Part shown: piece after piece, positions 15,544-23,462 of the stretch | How positions within the stretch are numbered: position 1 is the first letter of the stretch | How the letters are laid out: each line of letters opens with the position of its first letter | NCBI GenBank assembly: GCA_035531915.1 | Contig: DATKRX010000144.1 | Location: forward strand, 1 to 53,107 | DNA: 53,107 nt | Direction: 5' to 3' | Origin: Gaiellaceae bacterium | GTDB taxonomy: Bacteria; Actinomycetota; Thermoleophilia; Gaiellales; Gaiellaceae | The notes under the pieces: generated by a model | Database searches by the model: none | Told to the model about the DNA's origin: nothing | What the model saw: the letters and a program-made list of their open reading frames with translations, nothing else | Program-made: the position numbers and the translations under genes

Positions 15544-15647
15544 GCGGCCACGCCGCCGCCCTCCGCCTGCTCGCTGCCACGCTCGCCCTGGCGCTCGGCG
15601 CCTCCGCAGCGATCCTCGCCGCCCTCCTCGTGCAGCATGCGCTGTAG
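15540..15647 (+). CDS. Candidate 35-aa single-TM micro-protein
   Basis: ATGA overlap with the copCD stop. Product is MSGHAAALRLLAATLALALGASAAILAALLVQHAL. Overlaps the next start by 11 nt. Short, so uncertain. Confidence 0.35.
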   Translation: MSGHAAALRLLAATLALALGASAAILAALLVQHAL

Positions 15648-16275
15648 GGCGCTGGCCGCGCTTCTCTTGGTCGCGCTCGCCGCCGCCCCGGCGGCGCTCG
15701 CCGACGGTGACCCGGCGAGCGACTACCTGCTCGGCCAGTCGACGTTCCTCTCGCCCTTCGACGGCCACATCCCCAGCTCGAGCTCGAACGAGCTGATCGC
15801 GCTGCTCGCGAGCGCCAAGCAACAGGGGTTCCCGCTCAAGGTGGCCGTGATCGTCACCGCCTACGACCTGGGTGCGGTGCCGATCCTGTTCGACAAGCCG
15901 AAGCTCTACGCCAAGTTCCTCGGCGAGGAGGACTACTACTACTGGCGCGACGAGCTGGTCGTCGTGATGCCGAACGGCTACGGGATCTTCAAGGCGAAGA
16001 ACCTGCCCGTCGCGGATAGGGCTGTGATCGCCAAGCTGCCGGCGATCCACACGAGCAACGGCGCCGCGCTCGTCGCGGCCGCCGAGAGTGCGGTACGGGA
16101 GCTCGCCGCCCGTCGCGGGATCACCCTCTCAGCCGTGTCGGCCTCGGCGGGCGGATCCTCGACCACCCGCGATCGCCTCGAGATCGGCGGCGCGGTGCTG
16201 CTCGCGGCCCTGCTCGCGCTCGGCGCCCGAGTGGCCTGGCGCCGGCGCCGCCCGCCGGGCACGATCTCGCCATGA
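15637..16275 (+). CDS. Hypothetical exported protein with C-terminal TM anchor
   Basis: Signal MRCRALAALLLVALAAAPAALA|DGD. High GC3. C-terminal LEIGGAVLLAALLALGARVAW followed by RRRR. Confidence 0.7.
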   Translation: MRCRALAALLLVALAAAPAALADGDPASDYLLGQSTFLSPFDGHIPSSSSNELIALLASAKQQGFPLKVAVIVTAYDLGAVPILFDKPKLYAKFLGEEDYYYWRDELVVVMPNGYGIFKAKNLPVADRAVIAKLPAIHTSNGAALVAAAESAVRELAARRGITLSAVSASAGGSSTTRDRLEIGGAVLLAALLALGARVAWRRRRPPGTISP

Positions 16276-16292
16276 AGACCATCTCGGCATGA
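16272..16292 (+). other. 6-codon relay mini-ORF (MKTISA) bridging two genes by ATGA overlaps at both ends
   Basis: ATG 16272 overlaps TGA 16273-16275 of the upstream gene. Its own TGA 16290-16292 overlaps ATG 16289 of the thioredoxin-like gene. CATGAAG occurs at both junctions. Confidence 0.35.
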
Positions 16293-17092
16293 AGCTCGAG
16301 CCGACCGCCGACCCAGAGCAGCTGCCGCGGCTGCCGCTCGGCCCCGGGCGGGCGGCCTACTCCAAACGCACGCGGACGATCTTCGCCGTCACGCTCGCCG
16401 CCGTTGTCGGGATCGTGCTGATCATCGGGGCGCTGCTTGCGACCGACAACAACCGCGCACCGCTGCGTTCGGTGACGATCCCGCTCGCCGACCAGAAGGC
16501 GACGACCGCGCTCCTCCGCGCGGCCGAGGCGGTCGGCTTCGAGCCGACCAGCGAGCCCGGGGCGGGCCAGATCGAGAGCCTGCCGATCGCTCCGGGCGCC
16601 ACCGTCTCGGCTTCGAACCTGCTCGCGCCGGGCTCCACGGCGCCTGGTTTCAGCCTCCGCACCCCGGCCGGCCAGCAGATCACCCTGGCCGGGCTGCGCG
16701 GCAAGACCGTCCTGCTCGAGTTCTTCGCCACCTGGTGCCCGCACTGCGCGGCCGAGGCGCCCCATCTGAAGACGATCTACGGCTCGCTCGCGCACGCGCG
16801 CTACACGTTCGTCTCGGTCAACGCCGACGGCGAGACGGCCCCGAGCGTCCTCGCCTACCACATCTATTTCGGCTTCCCCTTCCCGGCCGTGCTCGACCCG
16901 AGCTCCCGACCCGGCAGCTTCCACCAGGCCGGTTCGCGTGGGCCGGTGTCCCTCGCCTACAAGGTCCCGTCCTTCCCGACCTTCTACGTGATCGACCCGC
17001 GCGGCCGGGTCAAATGGGCCGCGAGCGGCGAGCAGCCGGACGCGCTGCTCCTGCGCGAGCTTCGAGCGGCAGGTGTGCGGGGCGGCGGATGA
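16289..17092 (+). CDS. Membrane-anchored thiol-disulfide oxidoreductase, TlpA/ResA-like thioredoxin fold
   Basis: N-terminal TM IFAVTLAAVVGIVLIIGALLA. Redoxin block GKTVLLEFFATWCPHCAAEAPHL (CPHC) and SFPTFYVIDPRG. Confidence 0.88.
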   Translation: MKLEPTADPEQLPRLPLGPGRAAYSKRTRTIFAVTLAAVVGIVLIIGALLATDNNRAPLRSVTIPLADQKATTALLRAAEAVGFEPTSEPGAGQIESLPIAPGATVSASNLLAPGSTAPGFSLRTPAGQQITLAGLRGKTVLLEFFATWCPHCAAEAPHLKTIYGSLAHARYTFVSVNADGETAPSVLAYHIYFGFPFPAVLDPSSRPGSFHQAGSRGPVSLAYKVPSFPTFYVIDPRGRVKWAASGEQPDALLLRELRAAGVRGGG

Positions 17093-17547
17093 GGCTGCCG
17101 TTCAAGCCCGTCTGCACGGTCACCGACCCGGGCGCCCGCCAGTGGGAGCTGTACCTGACCAAGACGGTTGTGCCCGAGTGGCGGGAGGGCGGCTACAACA
17201 GCCTGCTCGACGACCCCGAGCCGATGCTCGGGATCCTCAACATCCCGTTGATGCTGATCGGGTTTGCCTGGTCGAGCATCCTCTCGCCCGTCCTGCGCTT
17301 TCTCTTCCTCTATCCCTTCGCGCTCGTGAAGGGGCGCCGCTCCCGGGCGGCGCGGATCGAGGCGATCTGCTTCTCGGCCGGGGAGGGGACTTTGACCCAC
17401 ACGTGGACGACGACCGCCGACCAGGCCGAAAGCGTCCTCCACACGGTCGCGCTCGCGCTCGAGGAGGGACGGATCGCCCAACCGGTCGGCGCCGTCTACA
17501 CCATCCCCGCCTCTGAACGCCGCTCGTCGTTGCCCGATCTGACCTAG
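17089..17547 (+). CDS. Hypothetical membrane protein (152 aa)
   Basis: ATGA overlap (17089-17092). TM region MLGILNIPLMLIGFAWSSILSPVLRFLFLYPFAL. Ends in three tandem TAG codons. Confidence 0.6.
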   Translation: MRLPFKPVCTVTDPGARQWELYLTKTVVPEWREGGYNSLLDDPEPMLGILNIPLMLIGFAWSSILSPVLRFLFLYPFALVKGRRSRAARIEAICFSAGEGTLTHTWTTTADQAESVLHTVALALEEGRIAQPVGAVYTIPASERRSSLPDLT

Positions 17548-17679
17548 TAGTAGCCGCCGGCGGCGGGTTTCGGCTCCTTCGAGCGCTCTCCCGAGGCCGA
17601 CGGCGCCCTCCTTCACGGCGCCTCCAGACCGAGCGCTGACAAGAGCCTCTGCCCGCGCCGGGCACGCTACCGTGAAGGG

Positions 17680-19542
17680 ATGCCTGGAGGCCGTAGCGGC
17701 GGGTTCATGCCGCGGGAAAAGCCGGAGCGTCCCGCCGACAAGGCGGTGCGCAAGGCGAACCTGCGCCGGATCGGGCGGCTGTTTCGCCCCTACTGGGCGA
17801 AGCTCGGCGTCGTCACGCTGCTGATCCTGTTCGCCTCCGGGCTCGGGGTGATCCCCGCCTTCCTGCTGCAATCGGTGATCTCCTCGGCGTTCAAGCCGAC
17901 CGACCAGGGCACGCACGTGATCGTCAACTTCCACCTGCTCACCGAGCTCGTGCTCGGGATGATCGCGATCTCGCTGGTCACGGGCGTGTTCGGGGTCGTT
18001 CAGTCCTACCTCTCGACCCAGGTCGGCCAGAGCGTGATGCACGACCTGCGCACCTCGGTCTACCGCCATCTGCAGCGGATGTCGCTCGCGTTCTTCACCA
18101 AGACACGCACCGGCGAGGTACAGAGCCGGATCGCCAACGACATCGGGGGTGTCGACAACGTCCTCACCTCGACGGCGACCTCGATCATGTCGACCGTCAC
18201 GACGGTGATCGCGACGGTGATCGCGATGTTCCTGCTCGAGTGGCGGCTGGCAGTCGTCGCGCTCGCCCTGATGCCCGTCTTCGTCCTGATCACGCGCAAG
18301 GTGGGCGGCGCGCGGCGCAAGATCGCAATGACCCGGCAGGAGTCGATGGCCGACATCGCCTCGCTCGTTCAGGAGTCGCTTTCGGTCTCGGGGATCCTGC
18401 TCGGGAAGACGATGGGCCGCTCCAGCGAGCTCGCGCAGCGGTTCACGGGCGAGTCGAGCCGCCTCGCCGACCTCGAGATCCGGAGCCGGATGACGGGCCG
18501 CTGGCTGATGCAGTCGATCCAGATGACCTTCGCGATCATGCCGGCCGCGATCTACTGGTTCGGCGGCCTCGAGGTCCAGCACGCGCACGGCACCGCCTCG
18601 TTCGGCGTGGTCGGGACGCTCGTCTCCTTCACGACGCTCCAGACGCGCCTGTTCGCCCCGATCGGGAGCCTGCTCAGCGTCTCGGTCGACGTTCAGAGCT
18701 CGCTCGCGCTCTTCGACCGGATCTTCGAGTACCTCGATCTGCCGGTCGACATCGCCCCCGGCACGCGGACGCTCGAGTCGGTACACGGCGATGTGCGGCT
18801 CGAGGACGTCTGGTTTCGCTACGGCGACGGGCCCTATGCGCTCTCGGAGCTCGAGATCACGATCCCGGCCGGGACGACGACCGCGATCGTCGGCGAGACC
18901 GGAGCCGGCAAGACGACGGTCGGCTACCTCGTCTCGCGGCTCTACGACACGAGCAAGGGCCGGGTCACGATCGACGGGGTCGACATCCGGGAGCTGAGCT
19001 TCGAGTCGCTCGCCGCCACGGTCGGGGTCGTCTCGCAGGAGACCTATCTCTTCCACGCGACCGTGCGCGACAACCTGCGCTTCGCCAAGCCCGACGCCTC
19101 CGACGCCGAGGTCGAGGAGGCGGCGCGGGCGGCGCAGATCCACGGGCTGATCTCCTCGCTCCCGGAGGGCTTCGACACGGTCGTCGGCGAGCGCGGCTAC
19201 CGCTTCTCGGGCGGTGAGAAGCAGCGGATCGCGATCGCGCGCGCGATCCTCCGCAACCCGCCCGTCCTGGTGCTCGACGAGGCCACCTCGGCGCTCGACA
19301 CCCAGACCGAGCGCGCGGTCCAGGAGGCGCTTGCCCGTCTGGTCGAAGGGCGGACGACGATCGCGATCGCCCACCGGCTCTCGACGGTTCGCGACGCCGA
19401 CCAGATCGTGGTGCTCGACCGCGGCACGGTCGTCGAGGTCGGCACCTACGACGAGCTGGTCGCGCTCGGTGGCCGCTTCTCGGCGCTCGCCGCCCGCGAC
19501 GCCGAGACGTTCGACTCACCCGAGATCGCCGTCAGCAGGTGA
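17680..19542 (+). CDS. ABC transporter, fused permease/ATP-binding protein (MsbA/exporter type)
   Basis: Six-TM domain followed by Walker A GETGAGKTT, signature FSGGEKQRIAIARA and Walker B VLVLDEATSALD. Alternative start at M 17707. Confidence 0.93.
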   Translation: MPGGRSGGFMPREKPERPADKAVRKANLRRIGRLFRPYWAKLGVVTLLILFASGLGVIPAFLLQSVISSAFKPTDQGTHVIVNFHLLTELVLGMIAISLVTGVFGVVQSYLSTQVGQSVMHDLRTSVYRHLQRMSLAFFTKTRTGEVQSRIANDIGGVDNVLTSTATSIMSTVTTVIATVIAMFLLEWRLAVVALALMPVFVLITRKVGGARRKIAMTRQESMADIASLVQESLSVSGILLGKTMGRSSELAQRFTGESSRLADLEIRSRMTGRWLMQSIQMTFAIMPAAIYWFGGLEVQHAHGTASFGVVGTLVSFTTLQTRLFAPIGSLLSVSVDVQSSLALFDRIFEYLDLPVDIAPGTRTLESVHGDVRLEDVWFRYGDGPYALSELEITIPAGTTTAIVGETGAGKTTVGYLVSRLYDTSKGRVTIDGVDIRELSFESLAATVGVVSQETYLFHATVRDNLRFAKPDASDAEVEEAARAAQIHGLISSLPEGFDTVVGERGYRFSGGEKQRIAIARAILRNPPVLVLDEATSALDTQTERAVQEALARLVEGRTTIAIAHRLSTVRDADQIVVLDRGTVVEVGTYDELVALGGRFSALAARDAETFDSPEIAVSR

Positions 19543-19873
19543 TCTTCGCGCCGGTCTTCGAGTCGGTGCACGCGAGCGAGACCGCCTGGTAGCTGACCGC
19601 GCCGGTCGAGCGGTTGATCTTGGCGGCGACTCGGAGCACGCCGAGCGCCCGTTCTGCCTTGGCGGTGAAATGCGCCTGGCAGGTCGCGGTGGCGCCGCTC
19701 GCCGCGATCTTGCAGCTCACCGTCGTGAACAGGAACCCCGTCTTGTGCTTGGTATAGGTGGCCTGAATCGACGGCTTCAGGCTCCTGGCGAGCGCGGCGG
19801 AGGGTGTGATCGCCCCGGCGGTGGCGCTCGCTGCGAGCGCGACTGCGGCGCTCGCCGCGAGGGCTCTCAGCAC
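19532..19873 (-). CDS. Small secreted 4-Cys protein, paralogue B (113 aa)
   Basis: GTG 19873 overlaps the stop of paralogue A (GTGCTGA). Signal VLRALAASAAVALAASATAGA. The Cys pattern C-x8-C...C-TDS-x6-C-end is shared with the neighbour. Confidence 0.6.
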   Translation of the reverse strand: MLRALAASAAVALAASATAGAITPSAALARSLKPSIQATYTKHKTGFLFTTVSCKIAASGATATCQAHFTAKAERALGVLRVAAKINRSTGAVSYQAVSLACTDSKTGAKITC

Positions 19874-20232
19874 TTGAACGGCTTGTGGGTGACCGAGTCG
19901 GTGCACGAATGGGAGGTCAGCTGCCAGGTGACCGACATCGCGTCGTTGTCGTGCAACGTCGCGGCGACCTTGAAGACGATGTTCTCGTGCGCTGCGGGAG
20001 CGGTCGTGTAGGCCGTGCAGTGGAACGTCGCGCCGTTCAGCGGCAGCACGCAGACGACCTTGCCGATCGTGAGCGCAGAGAGCTGCTTCGACTTCTTGAA
20101 CGACGTGACCATCGAGGCCTTCAAGGCGGCCGCGTCGGCCTGGGCCTCCGTCTTCGGCTTGGCCGCAAGCGCCGGCACGGCTCCGAGCACGAGCAGAGCG
20201 AGGAGGGCGGCGGCCGCCGAGCGAATGCTCAT
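19867..20232 (-). CDS. Small secreted 4-Cys protein, paralogue A (121 aa)
   Basis: Signal MSIRSAAAALLALLVLGAVPALA|AKP. Contains ...VVCVLPLNGATFHCTAY...SHSCTDSVTHKPFKC. High GC3. Confidence 0.7.
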   Translation of the reverse strand: MSIRSAAAALLALLVLGAVPALAAKPKTEAQADAAALKASMVTSFKKSKQLSALTIGKVVCVLPLNGATFHCTAYTTAPAAHENIVFKVAATLHDNDAMSVTWQLTSHSCTDSVTHKPFKC

Positions 20233-20348
20233 GCAGAGGATCGTAGAGCGCCTGCACCGGAGCCGGGCGCGAATTTACCTTCTGCTCATTTTACGTTCCC
20301 TTATCAGTCGATTGTCTAGGAATGCATAAGCTTTGCTGCACGAGGGAG

Positions 20349-21656
20349 ATGAGCGTAGAGGTACCGACCTACAAGGGGCCGTTCGGCAAGCAGCAGGCAG
20401 AGCGACTGCTCTGGCGGGCGGGGTTCGGCGCGAAGGGGGGAGAGGCGGATGCGCTGGCGGCACTCGGCTTCAAGCACGGCGTGCACGCGATCACCCGACC
20501 CCCGGCCTACCAGCTGATGGGTCCGGCTCCCACCGCCGACAAGGGCCGTCCGCTCTCCCCGGCCGCGGTGATCGGCGACGACCATCTCTTCTGGCTCGAC
20601 CGGATGGTGCGCACCAACGCGCCGCTCATCGAGCGGATGACCTTGATCTGGCACTCCTGGTTTGCGACCTCGAACACCGGCGTCGCCTCCCAGCAGCTGA
20701 TGCTGAACCAGAACGACTTCTTCCGCGGGAACGCGCTCGGCACGTTCAACAAGATGCTGACGGGGGTGACCCAGGACCCCGCGATGCTGATCTGGCTGAA
20801 CGGCAACCAGAACGTCAAGAGCCACCCCAACGAGAACTACGGCCGCGAGATGATGGAGCTGTTCACGCTCGGCGCCGACCGCGGTGCCTACACCGAGACC
20901 GACGTCCGGGAGAACGCGCGCGCGCTCACCGGCTGGACCGGCAACGTCAACAAGGGCGTGATCGGCGCGTTCGTGTTCAACCCGAACCTGCACGACAACG
21001 GCTCCAAGACGATCTTCGGCAACACGGGCAACTACGCCTGGCAGGACTCGTGCAACCTGTGCGTCAACCATCCGCTGCACGCGTCGTACTTCGTCAACAA
21101 GCTCTGGAGCTACTTCGTCCCGACGCCGATCGACAAGCAGAGCCTGACCGCGCTCTCCACCCTCTACACCTCGAACGGGTGGAGGATCCACCCCGTGGTC
21201 GAGGCGATCCTCCAGCACCCGGCGTTCTACTCGAGCCCGCGCATGGTCACCCCGCCGGTCGTCTACAACGCCGCCCTGCTTCGGATCTCGGGGCGCTACA
21301 TCGACACGGCGGTCTGGTGGTCGCAGGACGCCGCCGCGGGCCAGCAGCTCTTCTACCCACCCGACGTCGGCGGCTGGGACTACACGCGCTGGCTCGACAC
21401 CGCCACCTTCCGTGCCCGCTGGTTCATCGCAGCGCTCGTGATGGGCGCATCCTCGCCCACCGACAGCCCGAACGACCCGACGCAGATCGTCCAGCGCTCG
21501 ATCGACTTCTGGGGCACACCGACGCTCTCGACCCAGACCCAGAACCTGCTGCTCGCCTTCGCCAAGGCGCAGCTGAAACGGAGCGCCGCGCCCTCCGACG
21601 TCGAGACCGCCGTCCGGCGGCTCGTCGCCACCTCCCCCGACCTTCAGACCGCATGA
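20349..21656 (+). CDS. DUF1800 family protein
   Basis: SD GAGGGAG before ATG 20349. Family-typical blocks ERLLWRAGFG, MTLIWHSWFATS, NENYGREMMELFTLG and ARALTGWT. Confidence 0.85.
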   Translation: MSVEVPTYKGPFGKQQAERLLWRAGFGAKGGEADALAALGFKHGVHAITRPPAYQLMGPAPTADKGRPLSPAAVIGDDHLFWLDRMVRTNAPLIERMTLIWHSWFATSNTGVASQQLMLNQNDFFRGNALGTFNKMLTGVTQDPAMLIWLNGNQNVKSHPNENYGREMMELFTLGADRGAYTETDVRENARALTGWTGNVNKGVIGAFVFNPNLHDNGSKTIFGNTGNYAWQDSCNLCVNHPLHASYFVNKLWSYFVPTPIDKQSLTALSTLYTSNGWRIHPVVEAILQHPAFYSSPRMVTPPVVYNAALLRISGRYIDTAVWWSQDAAAGQQLFYPPDVGGWDYTRWLDTATFRARWFIAALVMGASSPTDSPNDPTQIVQRSIDFWGTPTLSTQTQNLLLAFAKAQLKRSAAPSDVETAVRRLVATSPDLQTA

Positions 21657-23032
21657 GCAACTGCCGAGACTGCGACCGGACGGAGATCCTCCGCCGCGCC
21701 GTGGCGGAGGCCGGCCGCGGGCTGCCGGGAATCGAGGCCGGGATGCCGCTTCCGGCCGGCACCGGGCTGACCCGGCGCGACTTCCTCTCTCGCACCGCCG
21801 GCCTCGCGCTCGGCGTCTACGGCGGCGGGCTCCTCTCCTCCTCGGCCTTCGACTACGGGATCGCCGCCGCCGCGGCGGCGACCTCGACTCCCCAGAACGT
21901 TCTCGTCGTCTGCTACCTCTCCGGCGGAATCGACGGCCTCTCGGTGCTCTTCCCGGCCGGCGACCCGGGGTACTACTCGCTGCGGCCGAACATCGCGCTC
22001 GCGCCGAGCTCGGGCACCCCGTTCTCCCAGGACGGACGGCTGCGCTGGAACCCCACCACGAGCGGGATCGCCACCCTGCACGGCGAGGGCAAGGTCAACG
22101 TGATCCCGGCGATCGGCTACTTCGACAACGACGAGTCGCACTTCACCTCGCGTCACTACTGGGAGGTGGGCGCCACCGATGCGACCCTGCGCACGGGCTG
22201 GCTCGGCCGCTATATCGACACGGTCGGGACGAGTGACAACCCGCTGCAGGGGCTGTCGCTCGACGTCGCCCTCCAGCCGGCGCTCGCGACCGTGAAGATG
22301 CCGGTGGCGACGATGCAGGCGGCCGACCAGTACACCTTCGCCCCGCCCGGGCTGCCCCCCCATCCGCTCGAGGCCTCGATGTTCCAGGAGGCCGCCAACA
22401 TCGGCGCGGCGCTCTCCAGCTCGCCCGACGCCGGGCTCGCGAGCGCCGGCTCGACCGCACTCGAGTCGCACCACCTCTACAGCGAGCTCGGCGCCTTCAA
22501 GTACGGCTTCAACAGCCCGGTCCCGTATCCGGGCTCGGCCGACCCGTTCCCGCACCGGCTCGCAGGGCTCGCGGCGATGATCGGGGCCGGGCTGCCGCTG
22601 CGCGTCGTCACGATCACCTCGCCGGGCCACTTCGACACGCACGCGACCCAGACGAGCGCCCTGAACAGCGGGATGCAGCTCACCTCCGACTCGCTGCTCG
22701 CCTTCCAGCGCGACCTCGAGTCGCGCGGCGTCGCCGACCGGGTGCTGATCTACCTCTGGTCGGAGTTCGGGCGCCGCGCCCAGGAGAACGCCTCGGCAGG
22801 TACCGACCACGGCTCGGGCGGGATCGGCTTCCTGATCGGGACGAAGGTCAACGGCCAGATGGTCGGCGGCTTCCCGGGCATCACGGGCGGCCTCAACAGC
22901 CTCGGCAACCTCCAGCCGACCGCCGATTTCCGCTCGGTGTACTCGGCGATCCTCGAGCAGTGGCTCCAGGCCGACGCCAACGCGATCCTGCCGGACGTCA
23001 GCGCGTACGCGCGTCCGACGCTGCTCGCGTGA
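21653..23032 (+). CDS. DUF1501 family protein (Tat-exported, sulfatase/phosphatase-like fold)
   Basis: ATGA overlap with DUF1800. Tat-like signal TRRDFLSRTAGLALG. Blocks NVLVVCYLSGGIDGLS, FDNDESHFTSRHYWE, GHFDTHA and SEFGRRAQENASAGTDHG. Confidence 0.85.
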   Translation: MSNCRDCDRTEILRRAVAEAGRGLPGIEAGMPLPAGTGLTRRDFLSRTAGLALGVYGGGLLSSSAFDYGIAAAAAATSTPQNVLVVCYLSGGIDGLSVLFPAGDPGYYSLRPNIALAPSSGTPFSQDGRLRWNPTTSGIATLHGEGKVNVIPAIGYFDNDESHFTSRHYWEVGATDATLRTGWLGRYIDTVGTSDNPLQGLSLDVALQPALATVKMPVATMQAADQYTFAPPGLPPHPLEASMFQEAANIGAALSSSPDAGLASAGSTALESHHLYSELGAFKYGFNSPVPYPGSADPFPHRLAGLAAMIGAGLPLRVVTITSPGHFDTHATQTSALNSGMQLTSDSLLAFQRDLESRGVADRVLIYLWSEFGRRAQENASAGTDHGSGGIGFLIGTKVNGQMVGGFPGITGGLNSLGNLQPTADFRSVYSAILEQWLQADANAILPDVSAYARPTLLA

Positions 23033-23400
23033 GAGCTGCCGCCGCGGCACTCGCGCTCCTGCTCTCAGCCGCGGCGCCTGCGTCGGCGAAGACGTTCCCG
23101 ACTCGCGTGCAGGTGACGGCGAAGGAGTTCTACTACACGCTCTCGGGGCTCACCGGCCGCTCGGTCAAGGCCGGCCCGGCGATCATCGAGTTCGTCAACT
23201 ACGGCGAGGATCCCCACGACATGCGGGTGGAGCGCGTCGGCGGGACCCGTGTCTACGGCACCCCGGTGCTGCAGCCCGGCAGCTACTACGACCTGAGCGT
23301 AAAGCTCCTGCCGGGCAGGTACGAGCTCTGGTGCAGCATCGCCAACCATCGCCAGCTCGGGATGGAAGCGACGCTGATCGTCACGCGGCCGAAGAGCTAG
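23029..23400 (+). CDS. Secreted cupredoxin (type-1 blue copper-like) protein
   Basis: GTGA overlap with DUF1501. Signal VRAAAAALALLLSAAAPASA|KTF. Candidate copper ligands are DPHD...YELWCSIANHRQLGMEATLIV (His, Cys-x4-His-x4-Met). Confidence 0.75.
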   Translation: MRAAAAALALLLSAAAPASAKTFPTRVQVTAKEFYYTLSGLTGRSVKAGPAIIEFVNYGEDPHDMRVERVGGTRVYGTPVLQPGSYYDLSVKLLPGRYELWCSIANHRQLGMEATLIVTRPKS

Positions 23401-23415
23401 CCAGCCGCCGAGCTG

Positions 23416-23444
23416 GAGGGGTGCGGCGCGCCGCCGCACCCCTC
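23416..23444. terminator. Bidirectional GC-rich hairpin between convergent genes
   Basis: GAGGGGTGCGGCG (23416-23428) / CGCCGCACCCCTC (23432-23444) form a perfect 13-bp stem with a 3-nt loop. No T-run. Confidence 0.55.
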
Positions 23445-23462
23445 GCCCCACCGCCGGGCGAC

